From positions 230,518,001-230,582,000 of the forward strand of contig NC_086097.1 in the NCBI RefSeq assembly GCF_963921235.1: a stretch of DNA of 64,000 bases, written 5' to 3'. The notes beneath the pieces were generated by a model. It was given only the letters and a program-made list of their open reading frames with translations, did not search any database and was not told the DNA's origin. Source of the DNA: Mobula hypostoma (taxonomy: Eukaryota). Each line of letters begins with the position of its first letter. The first letter of the stretch is position 1. Position numbers and translations under genes: made by a program. Below are positions 1 to 13,200 of this stretch, one piece after another.

Positions 1-392
1 CCATTCCCTATTCTGCCTCTCCTTTTACCCGTACTCTTCACCTGCCTATTTACATTCCTCTTTTGCCCTCCTTCCCTTCCTCCCATGGTCCACACTACTC
101 ACCTATCAGATTCCTTTTTCTTCAGCCCTTTACCTTTTTCTTCAGCCCTTTACCTTTTCCACCTATCACTTCACAGCTTCTCACTTTGCTCCCCCTCCCC
201 ACCCACTTACCTTCCCCCTCACCTGGTTTCACCTATCATATTCTAGCTTTCAACCCCCATCTTCTCTTTCTGTCTTCTCCCCCCTTCCTTTCTAGTCCTG
301 ATGAAGGGTCTCTCCCCGAAATGTCAGTTTTTATTCCTCCCTGTGGAAGCTGCTTGACCTGCTGAGTCCCTGCAGCGTTTTGTGTGTGTTAC
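1..392 (+). mobile_element. Penelope-like element 3' end fragment (pyrimidine-rich UTR, degenerate hammerhead motif)
   Basis: CT-rich tract, then AGTC-CTGATGA-AGGG...CCC-GAAA (294-325) and a tail resembling the copies at 38203-38998 and 61100-61670. Confidence 0.75.
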
Positions 393-1814
393 TCAGTAAA
401 TGCAATACCTGCCCTTTTTACCACTTCCCTTCCCACGGTCCAGACAACCAAAATGGCCTCCCAGATGAAGCAGTGAGTGCACTTGCACTTCTTCCAGGTT
501 AGTATATTTCACTCAGTGCGCACGGGGTTTCTACTCTACATTAAAGAAGATAAATGTACATTGTGTGAGCTCTCTGCAGAACACACCTGCCCACCCTTCT
601 CCCACTTTGACACCTCTTACTTTGGACTCCAACCCTTCACCAACAATGCCCAATGCTAGCTTAAGGAAAAACACCACACCATCCGTGCTGAAATCCTCAG
701 GGCAATATTGAACCCGACAATTTCAAATAATTTGTTGTTCCCGTTTGCCTGAATTGAGAAGTAAAGACATTTACTCGCAACATAAACTCTGTTTCACTTT
801 CTCCACAGATGCAACCTGACTTCCTGAATACTTACAGCAATTTCAAAATTTCCAGCAGCTACAGACAACCCTGAAGTTACAGAGGAATTGCCTTCCTAGG
901 AAACTGATCCATTTGATGATTTTCTGCAATGTGAACCTCCCTTTTCCCATTGAATGCCATGTTATAAGCTGAGATGCATTTCTACAAAATGGTTTTCTCT
1001 CAGATTAATCTATTTTAGCAGGTTTGACTAAGTGACAAACTATTCAACAGCTGAGGCTAATTCTGAGTTTGGGAAAGGACAAGGCTCACCACAAAGGAAC
1101 AACAATTTTTGTCAACTTTTTAATCTTTTATTTGCTCACTACTGTGAAGCAACAAAATTTGGAGATAACATCACCATACATTCTGGTTCAGCATTCACAA
1201 TGAAGTTCCTCCATTGCTACATCCTCTCCAGTTCAAAGACGTGTGAACAGGTGTGTCAGAGTGCAGCGCTGTTCTGCTTTTCTAAATAAGAGGCATTTTT
1301 CTCTGACATAGAAGAAGCGTGGATAAAGAAATGTTTTTGGACGTAGGAATGTCAGGGAAAGGGAAGGGATTCAAGGATCAGGGTTCATGGGATAAATGCA
1401 ATAGAGGACGAGTTTGGGGGTAATATGTTAAAGTGCTAAGATGTTGAAAATGGAGTAAAGGTCAAGGGATCACTCTAAAGAGGGGGCCATGGCTGCTAGG
1501 TCTCCCCTAGAGCAAAACCTCAGACAAAGTATCTTGCAGATTAAGAGCAGAACAGTACTGCGCTCTGAGACACCTGTTCATTTATCTTCAAAATGCAGAT
1601 GAGAGGGCTTCTCTCAATCAACAGCACATCCACATCTTATTGCCCCACGGTAATGAGTGACTAAAAATAAAATCAACAAAATCTGTGTTTTTTTTCTCCC
1701 CCACATTTTATTTGAAATGTTCGGATCGGCAAAAGCACCTCCTCCACAATCTCCATCAGTGCAGGGATGTGTGCTTAGCCCCTTGCTCCACCTGCTTTAC
1801 ACCTGAGTACAGCT

Positions 1815-2720
1815 TCAAACCAATATATACAAGTTTGCTGACGACACCACTGTTGGGGGCTGTATCAAAGGGGGTGATGAATCAGTATACAGGAGGGAGA
1901 TTGAAAACTTAGCTGAGTGGTGTAATAACAACAAACGCTCACCCAATGTCAACAAGACCAAGGAACTGATTGTAGACTTCAGGGGAGGGAAACCAAAGGT
2001 CCGTGAGCCAGTAATCATCAGAGGACCAGAGGTGGAGAGGGTCAGTAACTTTAAATTCCTGAGTGTCACTATCTCAGAGGACTTGTCCTGGACCCATCAT
2101 ATAAATATTATTGCGAAGAAAGCACGACAGCGCCTCTGCTTCCTCAGGGGTCTGGGGAAGTTCAGCATGTCATTGAAAACCTTGTCTAACTTCTATAGAT
2201 GTGTAATGGAAAGGGTGCTGACTGGCTGCATTATGGCCTGGTACAGGAACACCAATGCCTTTGAGCAAAAACCCCTATGAAAGGTAATTGATTCAGCCCC
2301 GTACATCACGGGTAAAACCTTCCCTACCGTTGAGTACATCTAAGTTAAACATTGCCGTAGAAAAGCAGCATCCATCATCAAAGATCCTCACCACCCAGTC
2401 CATGCTCTTTTCTCGCTGCTGCCATCAGGTAGAAGGTACAGGAGCCTCAGGACTCGCACCACCAGGTGCAGGAACAGTTACTACCCCCCAACCATCAGGC
2501 CCTTGAAGAAAAGAGGGTGACTACACTCATTTAAGAACTCCGTTATATTGTTATTTCATGCTCATTATTTATTGCTATTTATTTATTTCTGTACTTGCAT
2601 AGTCTGTTGTCCATTGATTCTGTTTGCAGTTACTGTTCTAGAGCTTTGCTAAGCATGCCTGCAGGAAAAAGAATCTCGGGGTTGTATGTGGTGGCATGTA
2701 TGTACTCTGATAATAAATTT
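1815..2720 (+). mobile_element. Rex1/Babar-type non-LTR retrotransposon, 5'-truncated and degenerate
   Basis: KFADDTT at ~1830; FKFLSVTISEDLSW..KKARQRLCFLR; HALFSLLPSGRRY-like C-terminus; frameshifts. Confidence 0.85.
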
Positions 2721-3094
2721 TTACACCACTACTATTTACTTTACCCCTTGCAAATTGACAGGGGCAAATTTTATTCCGCATCTCAAATTCTTTGTTGACC
2801 TGTAAGTTCTCTAAGAGCCAGTTTCCATTCCCTGAGTGGCAGTAATGTGCGGACCTACATCTTTACATTTCAACATTTCTCTTCATCTCCCTCTGCTCCC
2901 ACCTCCTCCAGACAGATTGGCCACATTAACATGCATTACCATTTGTATCACTTGCGTTCTCTTGGTTTTCAGTCTATGCAGGAAATTTATCTTTTTCTGC
3001 CTTCAATGCTTCTTAGCTTTTCCAGTTTTGATGAACTGACTGAATACATTAACAATTATTCTACAAGATAAGCCTGACCAGCTACTTCTCCAGT

Positions 3095-3606
3095 ACCAGG
3101 GGTGATTGATAAGTTCGTGGCCCAAGGTAAAAGGAGATGAGTTATTAACTTCAAGCTTTCTGCATTTTCATTCAAAGAGTTAAACTGAACATGCATGTAA
3201 CGAGAGCTAACCAATTTCCCTCGGGATCAATAAAGTATGACTATGACTATGACTGTATAACTCATCTCCTTCCACCTAAAGTCACGAACTTATCAATCAC
3301 CCCTGCTGTGGACCACCTGGAGGTCCAAGACGCTCTCGTTACATGCACGTGCAGTTCAGCTTTTTGAGTGAAAATGCAGAAAGTTTGAGGTTAACAGCTC
3401 ATCTCCTTCTACCTTAGGCCACAAACTTATCAATCACCCTGCTGTGGACCACTTCTGGAGGTCCAAGACACCGACTTCAACAAAGAAGGGATCCGTATGC
3501 TCCATGACCACTGGACTAAGTGTGTAAATGTAGGAAAAATAAATGTGCTAGGTTTCCTAAAATTGACTCCTTTTACCTTAGGCCACAAACTTATCAATCA
3601 CCCCAC
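3095..3606 (+). mobile_element. mariner-derived non-autonomous element with reiterated TIRs
   Basis: GGGGTGATTGATAAGTTCGTGGCC at left; reverse-complement copies at ~3280, ~3415 and ~3580; transposase C-terminal remnant LHDHWTKCVNVG. Confidence 0.75.
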
Positions 3607-3691
3607 ATATTTTCTTTATTTATTTCAGTTCCAGCATCTATTTTTTTTTGGCTTTTCATTCCCAATGCTGAACACCGATCAACACCTCTTA

Positions 3692-4272
3692 CATAGAACA
3701 CAGGACATTACAGCACAGTACAGGCCTTTCAGTTCACCATGTTTTCCTGAACTTTTAACCTACTGCAGGGGGAGGGAACGTTGACTCAGACCATGCGAGG
3801 ACTGCGTGGGCATTTTCATGCCTTACAAGCGCAGATTGGAAGTCTGTGTGGGGTGCCCACTCCTCGCACAGACACTAGAGCAATGTGTGATTAAGTGCCT
3901 TGCTCAAGGACACAAACACGCTGCCAAAGCTGAGGCTAGAACCAGCGACCTTGAAATCACTAGATGAATGCCTTAACCACTTGGTGTGCCAACACCTACT
4001 GCAAGATCAATCTAACCTTTCCCTCTTACGTAGCCCTCCATTTTCCTATCATCCACGTGCATTTTTAAGAGATTCCTAAATGTCCCTGATGTATTTGCTT
4101 CTACCACCACCCCTGGCAAGGCACTCCACACATTCACCACTCTCTGTGTAAAGAACAAACCTCTGACATCCTCTATATACTTTCCTCCGATCACATTCAA
4201 ATTATGCTCCTTGGTATTAGCTATTTCAGCCCTAGGTAACAGGCTATGGCTATCCACTTGATCTATGCCTTC
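3692..4272 (-). mobile_element. CR1 LINE 3' fragment
   Basis: FFTQRVVNVWSALPGVVVEA motif (ORF 4012-4257). Confidence 0.85.
3768..3985 (-). mobile_element. tRNA-derived SINE inserted in a CR1 3' end
   Basis: Minus strand reads CCAAGTGGTTAAGGC (A box-like), GGTTCTAGCC (B box-like), then GTGTCCTTGAGCAAGGCACTTAA. Confidence 0.65.
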
Positions 4273-4439
4273 AAGGGATTCTAGCTAGGCAGTCTCAAAT
4301 CTGGAACAGCAGATGTTCAACACACGTTTAATGACGAATTGTTCACCAAAGTATCAAAATGCAATGTCAAAAATATCAAAAATTACCATGTCTTTCCACT
4401 GATCAACAAGTCCCAAAACCTGGACGTCCCTCTGCAGCT

Positions 4440-5550
4440 TGATCAACTTCCTCACCAGGAGATCATACTCAATGCGGATCAGAAATAACATCTCCTTCTC
4501 ACTGACAATCAACACTGGTGGACCTTAAGGATGCGTACTTACCCACTATTCAACTCTCTCTACACCTATGGTTGTGTGGCTAGGCACAGCTCAAACGGCA
4601 ACTAAAAACTTGCTGATGACACAACTATTGTGGGCAGAACTTCAGGTGGTGACAAGGAGTGAGGTGGATCAGCTGGTTAAGTGGTGCTGCAACAACAACC
4701 TTGCACTCAACATCACGAAGACCAAGGAATTGAATGTGGACTTCAGGAGGTAGATGTTGACAGAACACCCACCAGTCTTTATCAACGGATCAGCAGTAGA
4801 AAGGGTGAGAAGTTTCAAGTTCCTGGGTGTCAACACCTCTGAAAATCTTTCCTGGGCCCAACATATTGATGTAATTACAAAATTCAAAGTAAATTTATCA
4901 TCAAAGTACATGTATGTCACCATATACAATCCTGAGATTCATTTTCATGGAGGCATGCTCAATAAGTCGATAATGGAATCAATGAGAGAAGGCACAGCAC
5001 TGGATATATTTCATTAGGAATTTGAGGAGATTTGGTATGTCACCAAAGACTCTCGCAAATTTATACAGGTGCACTGTGGAGAGCATTCTAACTGGTTGCA
5101 CCACCGTCTGGTATGGAGGGGCCACTGCACAGGATTGGAAAAAAAAACAGCCAGCCAGCTCCATTATGAGCACCAGCCTCCCCAGCATCCAGGACACCTT
5201 CAAAATATGAGGCCTCAAAACGTGGCATCCATCATTGAGGACCCCCATCACGCAGAACATGCCCTCTTCTCATTGCTACCATTAAGGAGGAGATACAGGA
5301 CACACATTCAACATTTCAGGAACAGTCTCTTCCTCTCCGCCATCAGATGTCCAACTGAACAATCAACCCGTGTGCACAACCTCACTTTTTATTTATTTTT
5401 ATTTTGCTCTGTATTTGCACTACTTAATTTAATTTTTATTTGTATTTCTTGTTGTAATTTACTTTTTAATGATTCTATATACCATTGTATTGCTCCTGCA
5501 AAATAATAGATTTCATGACATATGCCACTGATATTAAACCCAATTCTGAT
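4440..5550 (+). mobile_element. Rex1/Babar-type LINE fragment
   Basis: WCCNNNLALNITKTKEL, FKFLGVNTSENLSW, RRFGMSPKTLANLYRCTVESILTGC; interrupted at ~4875-4980 by a reverse-oriented 3' tail. Confidence 0.85.
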
Positions 5551-5615
5551 ACATGTCAACCTACGTAGTTACATTTCAAAACAATCCAATCAGTACATTT
5601 CACAGGATGGGTAAA

Positions 5616-6151
5616 TACTTTCAGCGGCCATTTTATTAGGTACACCTATACAGCTGGTCGTTAATGAAATTATCTAATCAGCCAATCATGTGGAGCAACT
5701 CAATGCAAAAAAAGAACATGTGGTCATAGGCAAGAGGTTCAGTTGTTATTCAGACCAAACATCAGAATGGAGAAGAAATGTGATCTAAGTGATTTTGACC
5801 GTGGAATGATTGTTGGTGCCAGACAGGGTGGTTTGAGTATCTCAGAAACTGCTGATTTCCTGGGATTTTCACACACAACAGTCTCTAGAGTTTACAGAGG
5901 ATGGTGTGAGAAACAAAAAAACATCCAGTGGGTGCCAATTCTGTGGGCAAAAACACTCTGTTGACGAGGGAGCTCAGAGCAGAATGGCCAGATTGGTTCA
6001 AACTGACAGGAAGGAGACAGTAACTCAAATAACCATATGTTACAGTAATGATGTGCAGAAGATCATCTCTGAATGCACAATACGTCGACCCTTGAAGTGG
6101 ATGGGCCACAGCAGCGGAAGACCATGTACCTAATAAAGTAGAAACTGTGTG
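5616..6151 (+). mobile_element. Tc1-like transposon deletion derivative
   Basis: Inverted ends TTTATTAGGTACA / TGTACCTAATAAA; N-terminal HTH remnant MEKKCDLSDFDRGMIVGARQGGLSISETADFLGFSHTTVSRVYR. Confidence 0.8.
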
Positions 6152-6160
6152 TACATTGTA

Positions 6161-6973
6161 CAATGCTTTGAAAAAGTATTCAGCCCCAACCCTTTGTTCA
6201 CACAAATGAGCATTACAAATTAACTGAGAATTTTTATTCACAGTAGAGCCCTCCCCACCAAAAAAAACAGGGGAAACTGTAAAGCATGAAAAAATAGTTC
6301 ATACACTGAAATGAAAGCAGTTCAAAAGGATTCATCCCCCTTTGCTCAGTACTTGGTTGAACCAGCCACTAGTGTTTTTGGAGAAGTCTCTATCAGCTTT
6401 GCACAATGTGATGGAGTTAGACTTCCTCGTTGCAAAATGGTTCAGGCTGTGCCAGGTTAGTTGGGGAGCAGGTGGACAGCAACCTTGAGATTGTGACAGA
6501 GATGCTCGATTGGGTTAAGTTTAGGACTCTGTGTTATTCAAGGACATCAATTTTCTTCCTTAGAAGACACTTGAAGCAGTGTGCTTTGGGTCATTGTCCT
6601 GCTGAAAGACAAACTTGCTCATTCCTGTGGAGGCCAAGTCATTGAGGCAGAGGTTGGTAGGTTTATTATTAGTCAGTGCATGATGGGATACGGGGAGAAG
6701 GCAGGATAGTGGGGCTCAGAGGGAATTGGATCAGCCATGATGAAATAGAGCAGACTCGATGGGCCCAATGGCTTACTTCTGCTCCTATATCTTATGGTGT
6801 TATTTCACTTCAGTTTTTGAAAATTTAGTTTTTCATGCTTTATAATTTTCCTTTTAAAAAAGGAACAAGTCATTCCCAATTAAAGTTCTCAGTTAAACTG
6901 ATCAAAATCCCTGGTTGCAATACTCATTTATATGAACAAAGGGTTGAGTGCTGAATACTTCTTCAGGGCACTG
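6161..6973 (-). mobile_element. Tc1-like non-autonomous element with an internal CR1 3' end (~6625-6800)
   Basis: TA|CAATGCTTTGAAAAAGTATTCAGC ... GCTGAATACTTCTTCAGGGCACTG|TA inverted ends with TA flanks. Confidence 0.75.
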
Positions 6974-7837
6974 TATGTTATGTTCTTGTGTCTTCTTTTC
7001 ACAGAAAAAAGTATGTAAAAACTAGTTTATAAATAATCACTTATCATGAAGCGGGAGTTTGCATGTCAGTTCTCCTGAGTTGAATTGAACAGATTCTGTT
7101 TGTCCCAACTCCTGAATCAGCACTCTCCAATCAGTGGAAATGACAGTAATTACAAGGAGCAGTAATTACAAGACACTGATCAGACTGTCCAGAAAACTGT
7201 GCATGAACACAAAGGGGCAGTTCTTTTGCACTCAACAAGATCTTCAAACTCAAGGTTTGCACTTAGTGCATCAGCAAGCTTAGATCTTCTAATTAATTCC
7301 TGTTCACCAAGCTGATTTTAAAAACACTGGATCATTCTGAATTCAACTAAAGAGCTGCCCTCTTAAACATAAATAGATTTTATATCGTCATGACAGTAGA
7401 AACTAAATAATGGAATGAAAGAGGAATATTGCATTTAAATCTTTGTAATTCCTGTTATAACTATTTGGAATCCCTCCCCTTCTCCCAACCTTGTTTCACT
7501 GACTGATGATGCACAATGAGCTTCTGGAACCAAGACTACATCTCGTTCTTCTGGAAACACTGAATTCATCACAAGAAAACAATGAATAGTTCTGTTGTCA
7601 AAGAATACACCAGAAAGGATGGGCACAGTTCTTTCAGAAACAGGAGAAATTATCATACTCACAAACCCTACAACTCAGGCTGAAAACGCCCAGTTTATTG
7701 TAGGTCATAAAGCTACAAAGGAAGAATAATTCAAACGAGACTGTGGTTGCATTGCACAACTTTCAGCAGTAAATTAACCAAATTAGGTTTTGGCACAGCA
7801 CATGATTTGTAACAATTTTAAGTTCTTTTCTGAGTGT

Positions 7838-8661
7838 CATAGAACACTACAACACAGAAACAGACCCTTCAGCCCATCAAGTTCATGCTGAATTATTATT
7901 CTGCCTTGGCCCATCGACTTGTACCCAGACCATAGTGCCCCATATCTCTCTCATCCATGTACCCATCCAAATTTCTCTAAAATGCTGAAATCAAACCCAT
8001 ATTCACCAATTCCACAGGCAGCTCATTCCACACCATCACCACCCTCTGAGTGAAGAAGTTCCCTGCTCATATTCCCTTTAGAAAACATAGAAAACAGGTG
8101 CAGGAGTAGGCCATTCGGCCCTTTGAGCCTGCACCACCTTTCAGTATGATCATGGCTGATCATCCAACTCAGAACCCTGTACCTGCCTTCTCTCCAAACC
8201 CCCGATCCCTTTAGCCACAAGAGCCATATCTAACTCCCTCTTAAATATAACAATGAACTAGCCTCAACTGTTTCCTGTGGCAGAGAATTCCACAGATTCA
8301 CCACTCTCTGTGTGAAGAAGTTTTTCTTCATCTCGGTCATAAAAGTCTTCCCCTTTACCCTTAAACTGTGACCTCTCGTTCTGTACTTTCCCAACATCGG
8401 GAACAATCTTCCTGCATCTAGCCTGTCCAATCCCTTTAGAATTTTATATGTTTCAATAAGATCCCCCCTCAATCTTCTAAATTCCAGCGAGTATAAGCCT
8501 AGTCGATCCAGTCTTTCATCATATTAAAGTCCTGCCATCCCAGAAATCAATCTGGTGAACCTTCTTTGTACTCTCTCTATGGCAAGAATGAAAACATTAA
8601 ACATTTCACTTTTCACTCTTAACCCACGACCTCAACCTTTGTGGAAAAAGACTGCTTGCAT

Positions 8662-8699
<38 letters not shown>

Positions 8700-8745
8700 G
8701 TTCGGAATAAAGTCAGAACCTTTTCATCCTTTCCCCATAACTCAG
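7838..8745 (-). mobile_element. Two nested CR1 3' fragments (better-preserved copy ~8081-8590)
   Basis: MRGDLIETYKILKGLD...RTRGHSL...FFTQRVVNLWNSLP; the older CR1 sequence resumes on both sides. Confidence 0.88.
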
Positions 8746-9867
8746 GTCTTTTGCCCCGAAATTCCTTAACACAACTCAGGAAGGCAAGGGTACTGTATGA
8801 TTCAAAATTGTCTCGGTGAAAGAAATTATGTGCACATTTCTGGCCAGCTTGTTGCCCATTAGATAATAAAACTAATTAATTTTTGGTAGGATCTTTATTT
8901 GTCCAGCAACTAATTTCTTGTATAAAACTCCCTTCAGAAGATACCAACAATAATGCACCAGGTCTATAAGTTGGCTGTTTCTATTTACTCAGGTATCATT
9001 AGTAATTTTCCCCTTGAAATTGTAGTACTTATGGACAAACATTTTAGATTATCTGTCCTAATTGAGATGTGTAACAGCATTAAGGGGGCCTTCCCCTCAG
9101 GCAACGATCCCTCGTTTGGTAGACAGATGGAAGACCACGATTACCCGTGTCATATGACCCAGCACATACTGAAAATGATGAAGATGACTTCCTGGAATCT
9201 CTGGCATAGCCCCACGGTGTCTGGATTGCTTGACCCTAGAGATCAATATCACACCCATTCTCAACATCCTAGCAACAAGGATCATTCCAGCCTGCTGTCA
9301 CTTAGCTCTGTCATATATTCCTGCTGCATCAGAGAACTTTTACCTCAGCTCCAAGCATATTTCAGGTTGATGACATTCCTTCAGGAAGGTCGTTAGCTAG
9401 AAATATTAATACCGCTTCTTTCTCCACGGATGCTGCTTGACCCAGCATTTTGTTTTCAGATTGAATTTCCAGCATCAGTGTTTATTTTTAACTGAGGAGT
9501 AAAAAAAGCTTTTTATATTTGCTTTTTTTTTGTAGGAAAAGATAGCCCTGATAAGAAGGGTCTCTTCTCCAGTTACCCCTTCCTTATCCAGGTTGCCCTA
9601 CCTGGAGTAATAATCCGCAGATGCACACCTCTGTCATTGGTTTAAGAGTCATTAAATCATAAAACACAGCACGGAGATATGTTCTTTGGCCCATCTAGTC
9701 CATGCAGCCCCTCTAGTCTTCTGCCAAGTTCTGTTCACCTTCACCTGGACCATAGCTCTTCACCCTGCTCTCACCCATGTACCTATCTAAACTTCTCTGA
9801 AATGTTACAATTGAACTTGCATCCACGTACCTTTGCACTGTACTGCTGCTGCACAACAACAAATTTC

Positions 9868-10245
9868 ATTTCAGCCCTCGATCCCAGGGGATCATGGGTT
9901 TGCGCCTCTGGTGGACTGCATCCTCTCCAAGCGCAAGCCTGGGTGGGAAGGTTTGAAGAACTGGCTGTTGCCTATGCAATGGGATCCCCCTCTCCACGTC
10001 ACTGATGTAGTCCAAGGGAAGGGCAAGTGCCGATACAGCTTGGCACCAGTGTCATTGCAGAGGTTGCCAGGGTGAAGCTATAAACAACATCAAACTGCCT
10101 CAGGGACCCCGGCTCCGGATTTCTTCCTCAGGGTTTACTCCTGAAGCCTTTCCCATGGGTGGGTATGGCTGCAAGGCAGCGGAGGTTTAAACTCAGAGTT
10201 TTCTTTCTCCTAGGCAGTCCAAGGCTGATGAGCCCCACTTGCCTG
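9868..10245 (-). mobile_element. Probable RTE-related non-autonomous repeat
   Basis: GC-rich block with sharp edges, resembling RTE UTR-derived short elements; recognition from memory only. Confidence 0.4.
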
Positions 10246-11267
10246 AATTCCACATTAAGACAATGATAATAAACCTGCTTCTGATATTAATTAAATATGA
10301 CTCAATCAGGGATGCTTCTATTCCTGAGAAGGTAGTACTTTCACTTTGGGTTCAGTTTCAACTATTGAGTCATACTGCATAGAATTTATACCCTTTCCTG
10401 ATTAAATCACAATATCAAGCTTTCTACCCGTACTTATAGCATGACCTTGTTTTGAACTGATGAAAAGGACCCTTTTTGATAAGGTTTAATGATAACTAAT
10501 GTGCTATTATTTGGTACCAGCAAGCATTTAAACAGTTATTTTAAATCTTCATTAAATGCTGCTACTTCAAGATGCTACAAATGTGAATAGCAATGAAATC
10601 CTATGCAAATATAATAATCTATGCAAGCTTACAAGTTGAGAAAGAGAATATGTGTTACACTTTCAGAAATCTGTCACATTTATAACAGGCCAAAAATGTA
10701 AAAGGATGTTGAAAGATAGTATCGAAGCTCTTTCTTGTTGGTTTGTGCAGTTTGGGTTTTTTTGTGCGCGTGTGGGGAAAGTTGTTGATGTTCTTGTTGC
10801 CCAGTTATGTGATTAGTATTTTAGTGCAGGGGATTGATGTTTTTCTTTAAATTGGGTTCTTGTTTTTCTTTGTTTCGTGACCGTCCGTGGGGAAGATGAA
10901 TCTCAGGGCTGTATACTGCACACATACTTTGATAATTAATAAATGTACTTTGAATCCTTTGAAAGAAGAACCTGGCTATGTAAAACTGCTTGCCATCATT
11001 CTTCATGATCTTGTAATACTTATTATAACGTTACACTATAAATTCAAAAGCATGCTGCATGCAATACCGAAATAAAGAGCTTTTTTTGTTCCTTATACAG
11101 TAACTATTTCCAGAATGTTCTTTGTAGTCAGCTTTGTAGATGCATCAAGAAAGCAGCATCCATTATTAAGGGCCATCACTATCCAGGACATGCCCTCTTC
11201 TCATTGCTACCATCAGAGAAGGTACATGAGGCTGAAGACAGACAGACAGACAGACAGACAGACACAG

Positions 11268-11309
<42 letters not shown>

Positions 11310-11473
11310 ACTTTAGGAATAGCTTCTTCCTCTCTGCCATCTGAAGAATCCATGATCCATAAACACTACCTTACTTTTTGCTCTCATTTTGTACTACTTA
11401 ATTTTAAAGTATTCTGATTACAACCAGAATAATTTTTTTAATGCTACCACAAAACAACAAATTTCACAACCTA

Positions 11474-12034
11474 CAGTACTGTGCAAAAGTCCTAAGCACA
11501 TATATTATAGCTAAGGTACCTAAGACTTTTGCACGGTATTGCAGAATTTTATGTATTGTATTGCATTGCTGCAAAAAAAAAACTTCACGACATATGTGAG
11601 TGACGATAAGCCTGATTTTGATACGGGTCTCTATTGTGGACTGAGAGTGGGAAGGGGGCAGGGAGAGGGGAATCATGGTTGGGAAAAGGGGAAGGGAGAG
11701 GGCAGAGAGAGGGGAGGGGGGGGAGAATGGGAAGCACCAGAGAGACATTCTGTAATGATCAACAAACCAATTGTTTGGAATCAGATGCCCTTGCCTGGTG
11801 TCTCAGGGCTGGGTGTGTCTGTACCCATGCCACTCCCCCACCCCAGCACTCCTTCTCTGCCACATGTTCCACCCACCCCACACCCACGGTGCTCCACCCT
11901 CACCATTCCCAACATGTTCTGCTCCTGCCAGATTTACAAACTTGGTCTTCTTTCCATGTTGACAAATACAGTACCGTGCAAACGTCTTAGGCACTCTAGT
12001 GTATACATGTGCCTAAGACTTTTGCAGAGTGCTG
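11474..12034. mobile_element. Composite MITE-like element: two ~67-bp palindromic units flanking a ~430-bp core
   Basis: CAGTACTGTGCAAAAGTC...GACTTTTGCACGGTATTG at 11474-11541 and a similar unit at 11969-12034, each preceded by TA; core recurs at ~19880-20025 and ~21277-21546. Confidence 0.7.
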
Positions 12035-12277
12035 CATGCCTGTAATAATAAAACTCATTCTGAATTCCTTCACAGCTTCTTTCTTCATAAAGAAGTATGC
12101 TATGTTCTAGCAAATTGCAGTTTATAAAATGTGCCATAAGATACCAGACCAATTAAAATATTACTGAATTGTTGTCCTTATTTTAGATAATTTCATGATC
12201 AATTTCACTGTTTTTTTTAACAGTAACATGAACAATACAGATGAATTGGTAGAGGACAGGGAAGCCGCAAGTCCTTT

Positions 12278-12820
12278 AAATTCAATTCAATTCAAAAAAC
12301 TTTACTGTCATTCTAACCGTACATCAGCTCTGCAGGGCAGAATAAGACAGCGTTTCCCAGGAGCAGTGCAATCATAACATAACAAACGCAACACTAAATA
12401 ATAAACGTAACAATAAATAATAAAACACAACAGCCACATGTCAGTTAAAATCAAGTTATAAGCGTCCAGTGCAAGTTAAAAGTGTCCAAAGCAGAGTCAG
12501 GTAGAGCAGCTATTTAACAGTCTGACTGCCTGTGGGAGGAAGCTATTTAGTAGCCTTGTGGTTTTAGTTTTGATGCTCCTGTAACGTTTGCTTGATGGCA
12601 GAAGAACAAACAGTTCATGGAGAGGGTGTGAGGGGTCTTTAATGATGTACTGTGTCTTCTGGAGGCATCGACTCTGAAAGAGGTCTTGGACAGAAGGTAA
12701 GGAGACCCCAATAACCTTCTCTGCTCCCCTAACCACCCTCTGCAAGGCTTTTTTGTCGACAGCACTGCAGCTGGAGTACCAGGTTGTGATGCAAAAGGTC
12801 AGCACACTCTCAACCACGCC
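12278..12820 (-). mobile_element. Rex1/Babar-type LINE 3' fragment with (GAATT)n tail
   Basis: ORF 12497-12817 VESVLTFCITTWY...HPLHELFVLLPSSKRYRSI...SFLPQAVRLLN. Confidence 0.88.
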
Positions 12821-12854
12821 TAGGACTAAATACTGTGATGGGGCAGAAAATCAT

Positions 12855-13200
12855 AAACACCAGATGCTCGAAATCCAAAGCAACTCACAGAGAATGCTGG
12901 AGGAACTCAGCAGATCAGGCAGCATTGATGGAAATGAATAAACAGTCGACGTTTCGGGCTGAGACCCTTCATTGGGACTGGGAAGGAAGGTGGAAGGTGG
13001 CTAGCTGGAAGGTGATAGGCGAAGCCAAGTGGGTGGGAAAGGTCAAGGACCAGAGAAGAAGGAATCTAATAGGAAATGAGAGCGGACCAAAGGAGAAAGG
13101 GAAGGAGGTGGGGACCCGGGGGAGGGGATAGGCAGGTGAGAAAAGGTAGGAGGCCTGAGCGGGGAATAGAGGAAGTTGGGTGTAGGGGTGGGGGTGGGGT
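12855..13200 (-). mobile_element. Penelope-like 3' end fragment
   Basis: Purine-rich on plus strand; mutated hammerhead motif at 12943-12980. Confidence 0.7.

Noticed and set aside
3920..3985. Functional tRNA gene
   Set aside because: Only degenerate A and B boxes attached to a SINE body; no full cloverleaf
9868..10250. Second HDV-like ribozyme in this GC-rich repeat
   Set aside because: No complete P1-P4 arrangement could be assembled by eye; the copy may be 5'-truncated
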